Part shown: positions 40,770 through 53,343 of the stretch, one piece after another
How the letters are laid out: every line of letters starts with the position of its first letter
Position numbering within the stretch: position 1 is the stretch's first letter
Assembly: GCF_000181795.1 (NCBI RefSeq)
Contig: NW_003526941.1
Span: 9,182,692 to 9,246,691 of the forward strand
Direction: 5' to 3'
Length of the DNA stretch: 64,000 nt
Source of the DNA: Trichinella spiralis
Lineage: Eukaryota
Program-made: the position numbers and the translations under genes
Notes under the pieces: generated by a model
What the model saw: the letters and a program-made list of their open reading frames with translations, nothing else
Database searches by the model: none
Told to the model about the DNA's origin: nothing

Positions 40770-41481
40770 AATTTCACAGAAAAATCATGTCTACACAATT
40801 GTAAATCTTATTTTTACATATCACTTGAGAATAGTTTTGCACAACAAAAACAAATAAATCTCACCATACCATCCATCCATCATACTTTCCAAAAGTATAT
40901 TAATAAAAAAACCCTTATTGACTATTCTTTTGTAAATTCAATGTAGTAAACATAAAATAAGATTTGTCTAAACAAAATAGCCTCACAGCTTCTCTCTCTC
41001 TCTCACAAAAATTACTCTTACAAAAGTTGGACAGAGTTGATCTTTGCAAAGCAAACCCAAGAAAGCAGTCCAACAGCCATAAAACTTCAATTTCATTCAT
41101 ACAAGATGAAGCAGATCAGAATAGATAAATAAATAATTGATTGATTGATCAATAAACATCAACTTAAATGTATAAAACAATATAGAAAGTTGAACAAAAT
41201 GAAGCGAAATAAAAAGCGCCGCCCTGGCGTCAACCTGACCGAACCATATTGTCGTCCTTCAAGACGACATACAGTAGAGGGAGGCTAAATCACGTCGGCT
41301 GAAACGTGAAACGTTCGATCCTGCGGACACGAGCGGCTTTTCTCCATTAATACTTAAGCAAGCTGTCACGGTTGTTCGCCAATCAGAAGCGACCAAGCAA
41401 GCACCAAGCACAGCTTTGCCGTGTTGAAAGAATCAAAGTCGAACACTGACTGGCGCCAGTTGCCGTCCAACACGGCAAACA

Positions 41482-44213
41482 ATGCACCACAGTGAAAATG
41501 AACCGCCCAACAGACAATCCCAAGATCGAATTGCAAATTCCAACACAACGCAGCAGTTTACATCTACAGGCGACTGCGCTTTTTGCGGATCACCAATCAC
41601 GGATCGATTTTATGCGCATATTGGTGATTCGGCGGAAAAGCGACACGAAAACTGCGTCCGCTGTGCACACTGTGACCAACAACTGTCGGAGAGGTGTTTC
41701 TTAAAATGCGGAAACACCTACTGTAAAACCGACTATTACAGGTCAGTTGTTGTAAAAAGCAGACAAATAAGCCAGCAGAAAAAGGGTACAATTTCGAAAA
41801 ATCCTTCCCTTTCCAGACTGTTCAGTCCGTACAAGTGTTTCGTATGCGGCGGCGGTGTGTCGCCAATCGACATGGTCTACAAGCACGGCACCGACTCGCT
41901 TTGCCACGTCCACTGTCACTGTTGCCAAATATGCAACCAACCACTACGTCCTGGTGACAAGATGCGCTTCGATCCTTGTTCGCAGAAGCTCTACTGTTCC
42001 TCGCACGCGTACAAGGAACGTGCGGAACAGACGGTGCCGGTCAGGGCTTCTTGTCGGACGGCGCCGGGCGAATCGCCGCGGACCACGCCCAACCCTGAGT
42101 GCGCCGCGGTTCCGGTCGTTGTGAAAGACGACACGGCCGAAGATCCGAACGACGAGAACAGCCTGTCCGGTCTGCTGAAACGAAGAGGACCGCGTACCAC
42201 TATCAAACCGTTTCAACTGCAGATGCTCAGTGAAGCGTTCACCAAAACCCCCAAACCAACCAAACACGCCAGAGCCAAACTCGCCTTGGACACTGGACTC
42301 ACCATGCGAGTTATACAGGTAAGCCAGCGAGTATTTCATTTTCACCCCAAATATACGCACACGCATGCGTGTAAACATTTGCAGTTCAATTGTTTTTTTT
42401 CGAAAATTCGTACTTGAATAATGGATTTATGTAAATGACTTTGTACAGTAATGATTCGATCAAAACTGGGTCAATTGAAGATCGTGAAACAAAATCGTCC
42501 ATCTCTTTTGCCATCGGTCTGTTTTTGATAAATGCGCTCACAATTTTACACATTTTCTTTTCAAAAATTTCCACACAATCAAAAAAGTTCAAAAGTGGGA
42601 AAAATAACAAAAATGTAGATGAAAAAGTATTAATTAGGAAATAAATAAATAAATTCTCATTTCGATCAATCATTTTCTTCGGCAAGGACATTCAAAAAAA
42701 TGAGACAAAAAAGGGCGAAATTTTGTTTTGTCATTATCGATGAGCTATGATGGGAAAGAACCTATGAGATAATGCAGAAGGTCGAACAACCTTTCGGATA
42801 GCCTTTGAAGAAAATTGTGCAAATGTTTTTATTGTTGTTGTTTTTTTCAATAATTAAATGAAAATTATTAATAAATTTGACAATGAAAAATGAAAATCGA
42901 TCAAAATAATAATAATTGTCGTCTGTCCTACCTGTGCTTTCTGGGTTGGCCGGCCCAGTGAACGTGAGTGATGATGTAAATTTACCAATCGAAGCCAAAC
43001 CAAATCGGATGGATCAGTTTGGCAAAGGGCGAGCCGGTCAGATCCACGCACGTCCAGTGTTAGTCGACTATATTGATCCGGCGCTTTATCATTAGCTTTA
43101 AACTTGTGCAAGTAGAGATGAAGTCGGCTTCATTGTTTTCCACGTCCTCAATCAGAACAGGGTCCGCGGTCATTAATTTTTATTAACCTTCCGATTGCCT
43201 TCGACGAACCGACAGGTGTACTGTGGCTATTGTGGGAGTCGATGTCGTGGAATCGCGCAATTCCATCGATCCCCACTGCTTCACCTTGTGAACATTTCCC
43301 AGACCATCTGGTCGCTTTTGTGACACCAACGTCAAAATCCATCTGCGACCACACCGATGCCAACAGTGATTGCCAACAACAACAACAACAATAACTAATT
43401 AGCATTTCACTTTTGAAAATGTCATTGGACAATTTTCATGATTCAAATTCAAATTCGAACAACATTGAAAAACATTTCACAATAGAGCTGAATCTGTTCA
43501 TTCACTTAAATTCAAAGTTGGTTGTTTTTCATGAATAAATTTGACTATTCTTCAACGCAACACAAACAAGCACTATCAAACCAACCGTATAATATATATA
43601 GATTTATCAACACAGTACGATCGCAGTTTTCAAAAATGATTAAAAAGGTATCATTTGAAAATTTAAAAAAAAAGTTAAAATTTCATAACATCGAAAAAAA
43701 TTTCCAATTTCAAAATTCAAACAATCGACGAAATGATAATTAAAAAAATATTTTTTCAATTATTTTTTGAAATTTTTCAAAATGACCTACTTAAAAAGTT
43801 TCTACAAATGGAAAAGAATTACTTGATTCTCATTATGGTAAAACTGGTATGCAATTCAAATCTGACGTACAGTAGTAAAATTTAAACTTAATTTTCGAAT
43901 AACAAAAAAATGAATATTTTACTGGAATTTTTTAAGAAAAAATGTTAATTTTTGAAAATTTAAATTTCCGATTTTATTATTAATGTAAAAATTTGCATTT
44001 TTGACGAATTTTCAAAAGCAGAGACATAATTCTAAAAAAAATTTTTTTTCAAATTTTAAGGTGTGGTTCCAAAATCGCCGTTCCAAAGAACGACGCCTGA
44101 AGCATCTTTGCAATTGGATCCGCGAAAACGAGAGGAAAAATTACGCCCTGCGCGTGGCCGGTTCATTAGCCGTCTGCACGGCCGATTCACCACCAACAGC
44201 GGCGGCGAAATGA
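41482..44213 (+). CDS. mec-3: LIM-homeodomain transcription factor, MEC-3-like (Lhx1/5 class); 3 exons
   Basis: Two LIM domains (CAFC...HENCVRCAHC...C..D; CFVC...HVHCHCCQIC...C..H). Homeodomain RRGPRTTIKPFQLQMLSEAFTKTPKPTKHARAKLALDTGLTMRVIQ|VWFQNRRSKERRLKHLCN, in which 'KHARAKLAL' and the following 'HLCN' are MEC-3-type. Exons 41482-41741, 41817-42318 and 44061-44213. Confidence 0.88.
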
Positions 44214-44825
44214 ACCGCAACTTATTTTTTCCTCAACTTCTCCGTCTGTCATCGTTGTCTGTGATAGAAAACACGTTTTTATTAATTTTTCATCATTCAA
44301 ATATAAAATATTTTTAAAAAATACACACACATCGTCGTAGTCATTGTTCTGTTGTTGTTGTGAAAAATGTTCATAAATAAACAAAACTTTCTTGTAACAA
44401 TTTCTCTCCTTTACGAGAAAAAATTGATCAACTAGTGATGATCAATTTGTAACAAACAAATCACGCAATCAACGTTGACTAGATAGAAGAAAAAAAAGAA
44501 ATGAGTAAAAACGAATTCAATCAACGCGTCTGCCTGTCTATAAAGTGGTAAAGCGAAATACTAAACGTCGAATCGTATTGAAACAATTAAAAAATCGGTT
44601 TGGTAAAAATGTAAATTTTTTTGCCTCGGTCGCCAAACAAACAATGACAACAATAATTTCAACAGCAGTGGCTAACAACAACGACAACAACAACAAAAAT
44701 TTGAATATAAAAAAGCGCGCAAAACAGAGTGACTCGCTACTCATAAACCGACGACTCTTGGTGCGTGCAAGTATTAACAGTTAGTAAGCAGGTAGTGCTT
44801 TCAACAGAGTTACTACTAACTACTA

Positions 44826-47800
44826 CTATTGATGCTTTTCCAAACGCTTTTTACCCGACTCTTCTTGTTCTTTTTCTTGATCTTTTTCTTCTTTGACAAC
44901 TTTGTTGCCGTCCTCACCACCACCACGACCGCTGTCCTGACAAAGAGGATGGTCAGCATTGTGGACATCTATGGTCAATTGCTGGTGATTGCCGTTGAGC
45001 ACGTAGTCTTCGAGTTCCGGCGAAGATCGGCTGAACGACGACGAACCCAAACGACCACGCCCACCAGCCTGGGCAGAGCTGGAATATTTCTTCTTCTTAT
45101 CCTGATTCTGATGGTGCGACACGTCGGGCATGCTGCTGTTGACGATCGGCCTGCTGGCCGGTGGACTCTGGCCCCGCTCGACCATCGTCGCCAGCAGAGC
45201 GTTCAAATACTGTTCGGCCCTGAGGTGGAAGAAGACCACGTCCCGGTCGACGCGAACCGTGTAGTCGGGCGTGAATTTCGACGCCGTCAACAACGACATG
45301 CCGTCGTTCCAGCACTGGGCTCGGCCCGAGGCGGCGTTGGCCGCTTCGGCCAGAGGCGCCAGCGCCTCGTATCCGAAGTGGTGGAACGGTCCGGCGTCGA
45401 ACAGCATGTCCGTGCGACCGATCCGCACCTGGGCCCTGCCCTCCAGCATCAGAACGAACAAATCCGACTGCTGGTCCTTCTGGTAGAGCAATTTCCACGG
45501 GTCGTATTGGTCCGGTGCCCCGCAGTGGACCGTGTGATGGGCCAACAAGCGGTCGAACACCGACCGGCTCATCAACTGCTCGCTGAACGCCGTGAACGTG
45601 GTCGACAAATACTGGTAGGCGGCCAGAGACAGCTGCGGACTGACGGCGTACGGTTCCACATCCGGTGCCAGACCAGTGCCGTCCAGTGCCTCGACGCCGA
45701 TGAACACACTCTTCGGACGGTGGACCGCACGACGCCGCTGTCGAATCACGTCGAACTCGTCCATAATTTCGGCTTGGATGATCTCTTCGATTATGTCTTC
45801 CAGAGTGACCAGACCGACCACTTCGTACATCGGATCCGACTCGCCGTCGTCCACAATTCGCTGCACCAAAGCCATGTGATAATGACCCTGCTTGAATTCT
45901 TCGAGCATCACACTGAGCGGAGTGTCTTCGAGAACAAAGCGAACAGGATGTTGGTAAAACTTGCACACATTTCTCAACGGGATCAAATCTTCCGGATCGA
46001 GCAACGCCAAATCTTTGACATTCAATATGCTAATCACCGCGTCACGGTTCTGGCCCTCGAAAACCGGGATCCTCGTGTAGCCGGCCCGGACGATGTCGTT
46101 GACCGCGGTCGGCGTGAGCACCACGTCCGACGACAACATGAACACATCCCTGATGTTGGTCATCACGTCGCTCACCGTCTTGCGCGCCAATTCCAACGCA
46201 CCGGTCACAATCTGCACCTCTTGGCAGTCGCGCAGATCGCCAGCCTTGCCCTCTTTGGACAGTCGAATCAGCTCCAACAAACGTTCCTTGTTGTAAATCT
46301 GGCCGACCTCCTCGCCGAGGCACTTGTCCAAAATTTTCGAAATTGGCCAACTCAACGGTGCGGTCAAAAGCATAAAAAATCTCGTCATCACGACCGTGTA
46401 AGCGCCGACCGCCAGACCGTACCTGCTGCAAATTGCCTGGGGCAAAATTTCCCCAAAAATTACAATACCCAACGACGAGATGACCAGAGCAATGACGCCG
46501 CTGGTGAGATCGTCGAACAAGATGCTGATCGCGCTGTTCACAATCACGTTGCCCAAAAGCAAAGAGCAAAGCAAATAATTTCCCTTTTTACGAATGGGGT
46601 AGATTTTTTCGGCAAATTTCCGTTCCTGCTTGTCGCCGCATTTTAATATGATGCGCAAGTCTGTCTTGTCCAACGTCATCAGACCCAAATTCAAGCCGCT
46701 GAACAAGCCGGACATCACCAACAACAACATCAGCACGCAAATCTGCAACGGCAACGGCATGTAGTAGACCTTGGGCTTGCGCACAACGGAGATGCGCTGG
46801 AACTCCTTGCGGCCCTGGTGCACGGTCTCACCGACCGTGATCGACTGATTCAACAAATTGGAACCGGCAACATTCCAGCCGAAGCAGACGTAATAGATCA
46901 CAGGAGCTTTGGTGAACGTCAACGAAAACGTTATCGACTCCGGATCAAAAGGATCAAATTCCTGACTGGGGGTATACAGTACGCCATCATCGATGCACTC
47001 GGTCTCACTTTCAGTCAGTAGAATGGTGTTCACTTTCAGCATGTTGCGGCCAAACAGTCGGATTCTGACCGCAACATCTGCCTGCACTGTCAACTGACCA
47101 GGCGAACTACAACAACAACATACTTTCTGAATAAATGAAAATCACTCAGTGTAAACAAAACCCAAAAAAAATTAAAGCAACTTTAAATCCACATTCCTTT
47201 ATCACAATTCAACTTCCAAATCTTCACGCTCAGATAGATGATTTCTTTCGTCGACAATGCTGCTTTTTCAAATCGCAACAAACGCAATCTTACACAACAA
47301 ACAACGCATGCATCAATTGTATATTGACCGACCATTAATTATCAGTTGAAATTATCAAAAATGCTGTCATTCTCATATTCTTATTATTATTACAATTCAA
47401 GCCCGCAAACACGTACATAGTTGTAACAATAAACAGCGACAAGTTAACCACACAACGAGTAGTATTAATTGAAAAACCTGCAGTTTGAATATTAGTTAAT
47501 ATTGGTTCATTTTTGAATGAAAAGCTGCCAATTTCCACGTCAAACATTTAACTGCCAAACTGTTTTTTTTATAATTATATATTATTATGCATTCAAATCA
47601 TGCAATCCTGAAAAAACATGCTCAATAACAAAAAGCACAACACATAACACAACACCCATCACTTACCGATCTGATACGGCGGAGCTGTGAAAAACAAAAA
47701 AAAAACAATTAATTTTCATGAAATCTAAATTTAAATGAAATAATACAAAAAAGAAAATAATAAATAAAGCATCAGAGAGTGTTTGCTTGGGAAAATAAAA

Positions 47801-49568
47801 AAAACGTTTTGTAGAATTACTCCACAGAAACTTCATTACTGCAAAAAAAACATTTCAAAAATTAACAGTTTGCAAAACTTGAAGATAACTAGAAGTTTAC
47901 AGTAACTCTGCCAACGAAGGAAAAAAAATTTAACCTGTACATTAAACGGATTAACATTATCAGTTTATTTTTTAAAAAAATATAATAATAAACTTTGAGT
48001 CCATATAAATAATAATTTTTACATAGCTGAAATTCTGGATAACAAAAAGCAAAAAAATTGCATAAATAAACTTTTCGCAATAAATGATAACAAATAAAAC
48101 TACAATCAATTTTAAGTACAAATTTTAATGAGTTCAAAAATCAAACGTTTTCAATGAAAACGTTATTTCCTGCACGCACTTAAATCACGCATCGTTGAAA
48201 AGCAATAACAACAATATCATTCAAACGGACTCTGCTTTATTTAAAAAAAATATTTTATTCAATTCTGCATCCGAATTCATACATTAAAAAATTTTTTTTA
48301 ATTAAATAATGTTGTTGTTTTTTTTTGTCAATTATTAATCGTTCTACTAATAGTTACTACTTTGATGTCAAATATTTTCCCAACATTTCTACATTGCGCT
48401 GTTTATTTACGTCAAGTATTGAAATGCAGACAATAAAAGAATCAATGACGTAAATTAATGTGCATCAGTGATCGACAATGTTGCAATCAGGTCAGCAATT
48501 AAAATGTATATTTGACTGTTACGTTATAATTTAATTGAAATGATAAGCAGGAAGATGTGATGTTTTAAAAGTGATAACATCTTAATATGAAATTTATATT
48601 TGCAATTTATAAAGTGATGAACAAATTCAAATGATGCTCAACAATAGTACAAAAGTTTTGCTTTTGCTTTAAAAAATGAACGAAAATTAAGTATCCAGCT
48701 GAATTTTCAAAACGCCAAAGGTAGTTCTGCACAACATCTATACGAAGAGATGTTCCTCTCGGTGATTATTTGCTCAAAAAATCTTGGAGATTATGCTTCG
48801 ACGTTCACTTATGAGAAAAGTCAATAAAATGTGAAACATGCCATCGGGCCAACTGCTGTCTGACAGCCGACATGCTGAGAAGAGAGGGGGAAACGAGAGA
48901 AGAGTAGTAATTCGTGAATAAATGCGATGAATGATCAAAGTTTGCCTTTTCAAATATATGACCAGTTTTTATTGGAACTTCGCTTCGCTACCAAATTTTT
49001 CATGCTTTATAACGGATGAAACTAATTTAGATGCGCAAAATACGAAGAAAAAACAGAAATACAATGCTGTGCTGCAGCAAAATTAGCTAACATGGTCATT
49101 ACCTCCAGGGAGTGACTTGGTTAGAATGTCAATAGCAAATTTTCAAATAAATAAACGCGCGGCCACTACTGTCGAAAAACTGGAAATCAATTTTGCATCT
49201 GAACAAACTTATCAAGAAAATGAATATGAAACAAGGATAGCTTCATCAAAAAAAATTAATTAATTAATAAACAAGTTGTTTGTCAAATTTGAAAACATCA
49301 GCAAAACTTTATCGAATCAGCAGCACAGAAAGGAAAATATTTAAACAAGTTTAAATAAAAAAACCTACTCGCAAGAGACGACCGTTTCGTATGCATCTAT
49401 TCGAAGTCCAATCAAAATAGGCTCGTCTGAATCATCGCAAACGCATGCCTGGGAACGGCTGTCCGCTTGACGACGGATGATTTCATTCAAAGCGTCACAA
49501 TCACATGCATTTTTTCCAAAAGTAGTGCCAATTAAGTATATGAAGAAATAAAATAAAGCCAATCGCAT
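44826..49568 (-). CDS. CNNM: CNNM/ACDP metal (Mg2+) transporter (signal peptide, DUF21, CBS pair, cNMP-binding-like domain)
   Basis: Contains 'SGLFSGLNLGLM', 'GNYLLCSLLLGNVIVN', 'FGEILPQAICSRYGL', 'GYTRIPVF', 'LEEFKQGHYHMALV' and 'GLVTLEDIIEEIIQAEIMDE'. Exons 49568-49369 (signal peptide), 47684-47667 (18-nt microexon) and 47106-44826. Confidence 0.93.
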
Positions 49569-51233
49569 AGCACGCCAACCGAACCAACAATGTATTCAAT
49601 AACTACGCGCCCGATGATCGTATTTCAGATGTTTAGGTTCAATTGTCGCAAATCCCGCGAAAAATCATACTGTTCGCCTCGGCAACCACACCTTAAAAAT
49701 TTACCTAGATAATTTTTTTACTTCTATATTTCAATTTTTTCAGTGAATTACAAAAATTTCACATTCTCATAAAAAAACAGAAGTAAAACGTTTTAAAGTT
49801 ATCGCGTAACATTTCCTTTTTCTTAAAATAGTTTCAAATTATCATATAAATTCTCTTTGATTCTACATAAAATCAAGGGAAAATACATTAAAACATGCAA
49901 AAATAACAGATATTATGCTATTAGAGCTAAGTAACGACATCACATATTACAAGGGCGCGTAATGCAGTATCAAAGTAAAGAAAAGATTATCATGACAAAG
50001 TGATCATTAGTAAGCTATCGTTGACAATATAGTCAACAGAAAATTTCAAGTCACCATCATTACGCTTAATTTGCTTTATAGTTCCGTTAAAAAACAAATA
50101 CAACCAGTAAATCAATTTAAAAAAACTAAATTCACATGCTATGCTTTCTCAAAGTAAAATAATTAAATAATTAACAATAAGTAATAAAAACATAATAAAC
50201 TTATTTTAAACAATGGAAAAAAGTATCACAATTTAATCAACTAACTTTACTATAATGTTAAACGCATTTTTCTCATCATTTAATCATTATATGCTCACGT
50301 GTATTAATTTCTCGTGTTAATTTATAAACTTTAATTAAGCAATAATAATTACAGTTTATTTAATATTTCAAAATCACTTCAGTATTCTTTGATAGCTTAA
50401 TTTTAGTAAAACAAAATAAAGGGTCGTTCTTGATTTTCGATGTCATACTGTCACTACGTAAAACAGGTTTCAATTTCGAAGCGTCAAGAATAAGAAACTG
50501 AACTGTTCATAGTTCGTTTAAACATTTAAGTGCTGTAAGTCTACTTATTCATCTATAATAACTCAAGTTGAAAAACTTTACTCAAGTTAAACAGTATTTT
50601 ATACTTTCCAAAAGAATAATTTGTATATCATTTTACACAAACCAGGAGAAATATTCATATTATTCATGCCAGCCAAACCTAAGTGCACAATGTGCTCCAT
50701 ATGCAAAACAATTTCATAATGTAAAAGATTTAATTTCGTATCTGCGTGACTGTTTCATTCAATTTGTTTCGAAAACTTATTTTTTATAAAATAATGTAAA
50801 ATTGTTAATCTTACCATGATACATTGCACTGGAGATGTTAATAAAACGTTGACTAATTGTAAATAAGCATTTTTGTAGTACACCATACGAAGTTGTGTGG
50901 CTATTTTTTAACTTTACTGCATGGAACAACTGAATTTCAGACTTCTGAAATTAAAAAAAAACAACTGTAACTGTACTTTAAATGACCTACACGATCACTA
51001 TATATATATGTATATGTATATGTATAGTACAAGGTTGTTAAATCAACAATTTCACTTATTATTATGCTTTCATCTTCAAATTAACGGTTTTGTTGGTGAC
51101 CATCGTATGTCACTTAAAGCATTTTATTGCTAAACTTATTCACAATAGTTGCAGGGCTTGTGGAACACGTATACAACAGTCAATATATTATAAAATTCAA
51201 ATTTACATCTTAGATCTTTCAGCCACCCTGCCA

Positions 51234-53046
51234 ATGGCTGTCAGAATATTCATTCGCCAAATTCAGCATACACCTATTAGCTACAATCGTTTAAATTCGA
51301 GCAAATCTATTCATAAAGATGACGATCTGCCAGCGATACTACCTTTAGAAGATTATCGCGATTTACAAAGGAAGTTGGACGTGCCTTTGCAAGGAGTGAA
51401 AAAAGCACTGTTTGTACTTCAACCGAAAGTTCCCAAACCAGACTTGCTCCGGCTTGCCACCAGCAACGAATCGCTTGAACAGGAAGCACTGCAGCTTGTA
51501 AAGTCAGTTCCAGGATGGAATGTGGCTGGTGTTTATGAAAGATATGTCAAAGTTAACCGATCAAGACCGTCCATTCTGGGAAAAGGAACTATTGAAGAAC
51601 TGATTTCATATTTTACAAATCTGCATCACCGCGACGGTGTGTTTTTGAATGTTGCTCGCTTAACTCCAATTCAACACTTCTATTTGTCATGTGCATTTAA
51701 AATGCCAGTTTACGATCGGTAAGATCTAAGACCGATATATACTGCACAAAATCAAAATTACAGTACGAAATTTTCAGGTATACTGTTGCACTACAAATTT
51801 TCAAACACTATGCAATTAGCAAAGAGGCAAAATTGCAAGCCGCACTTGCGGAACTTGCTTACATGAAGTGAGCTTACTAATTAAAATACTTTTACACATG
51901 GAAATAATTCTTTCCATTCAGAGAACGGCTTCAACCATACATTAATGGTGAAATTGATTTGAAAGAAGCTGTAAAACTGGGCGCTTTACAGATGAAAATG
52001 CCAGACAAAAAACGGCGAAAACTGCTTGACGTATTTCTTGTCAATTTAATTTGTTAAGCTGTGGGAAAATTCTTTCAGGAACAAGAAATTGCAATTCGTG
52101 GGAAATTGGATAAACTGAAAACACAGCGACATTACCTGCGTCAAAATACCCGCCGTAAACAATGCCCTATGATAGCAGTAATTGGTTATACAAATGCAGG
52201 TAACTTTTCAATTATTAAACCTGGCACTTTTAAAAAAGCAGTAGTTAAGTAAATTTCAAAAACTTACGGGATAAAAATTCATGCAGGAAAAAGTACCTTA
52301 ATTCATCAACTTACAGAAGATAGACGAATATCAAGCGAAGATCGATTTTTCGCAACACTGGACGTCACCGTCCATCATGGTCAATTGCCATGTCGACTTG
52401 ACGTATTGTACGCTGATACTGTAGGATTTTTTTCTGATCTGCCAATGGGCTTGATGCCATGCTTCGACGCGACAATGGAAGAAATCGCTTCCTCAGTAGA
52501 CGCACGTAAGCCACCATTATATATAATAGGATTTACATTGAAGTTCTAGGATCTAGTTCTGCATGTGGTAGATCGCAGTCATGAAAGTTGGCTTTCACAA
52601 CGTCTGATCGTTGTTCATAATTTAAATAAGCTTAACGTAGAACATGTCATCGAAGTTTGGAACAAATGTGACAAATTAAACGAAATTCCCAATTCTACTG
52701 CATCTCAAGCGTTACTGATCAGTTGTTTGAATGGAGAAGGCATAGATGAGTTAAAAATGCAAATCGAGCGTGAGATTTTAAATCTTTGCAATTTTCACCA
52801 CGTTACTCTCGAAGTGCCTATAACTGGGGATTATATTAAGTATATTAACTATCTGAGTTAATTTAAAAGTTTAATCACATGCATGTTTTTAGTCAGCTAT
52901 ATAATGTAGCTGCAGTGAAACAAGCAGTACCAAGTGAAGATGGACAGAAGATGCTAATTTCAGCCGTGTTACGTCCATATCAACTGGAGTCTTTTTTAAA
53001 AAACTACGATTGTGTCAAAGTTCTGCCTGTGAAAGATAAAGAATAA
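51234..53046 (+). CDS. GTPBP6: HflX-family GTPase, GTPBP6-like (probably mitochondrial); multi-exon
   Basis: Contains 'GKGTIEEL', 'VYDR|YTVALQIFKHYAISKEAKLQAALAEL', G1 GYTNAG|KS, G2 FATLD, G3 DTVGF and G4 NKCD. The Arg-rich, acid-poor N-terminus resembles a transit peptide. TAA at 53046. Confidence 0.9.
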
Positions 53047-53299
53047 ATATTTCCTTTTTTCTTAAAAAGATCCTACTTCAACAGTTATGCTCAATTACAA
53101 ATATTGAAGTACACAACATTATAGTTAAGTAAAATTTAAGATTCACACGTATATACTCTTTATCATACTGTCTATCAGTTAAAAGTGTAAAAAACAAATT
53201 ATATGAAAAAAAAAAGCGCTCCAGGATTTACAGTTCAATGAAGAAGGTCACGGCAAGTACGCATAAGTAAAGCTGCTTTTCATTTATGGAATACAGAAG

Positions 53300-53301
<2 letters not shown>

Positions 53302-53339
<38 letters not shown>
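53302..53339. repeat. Perfect (AT)19 microsatellite
   Basis: Uninterrupted AT dinucleotide run. Confidence 0.95.

Positions 53340-53343
<4 letters not shown>

Noticed and set aside
44829..46646. 605-aa plus-strand ORF (and other shadow ORFs) overlapping CNNM
   Set aside because: Antisense shadow of a GC-rich, codon-biased exon; no recognisable protein features.
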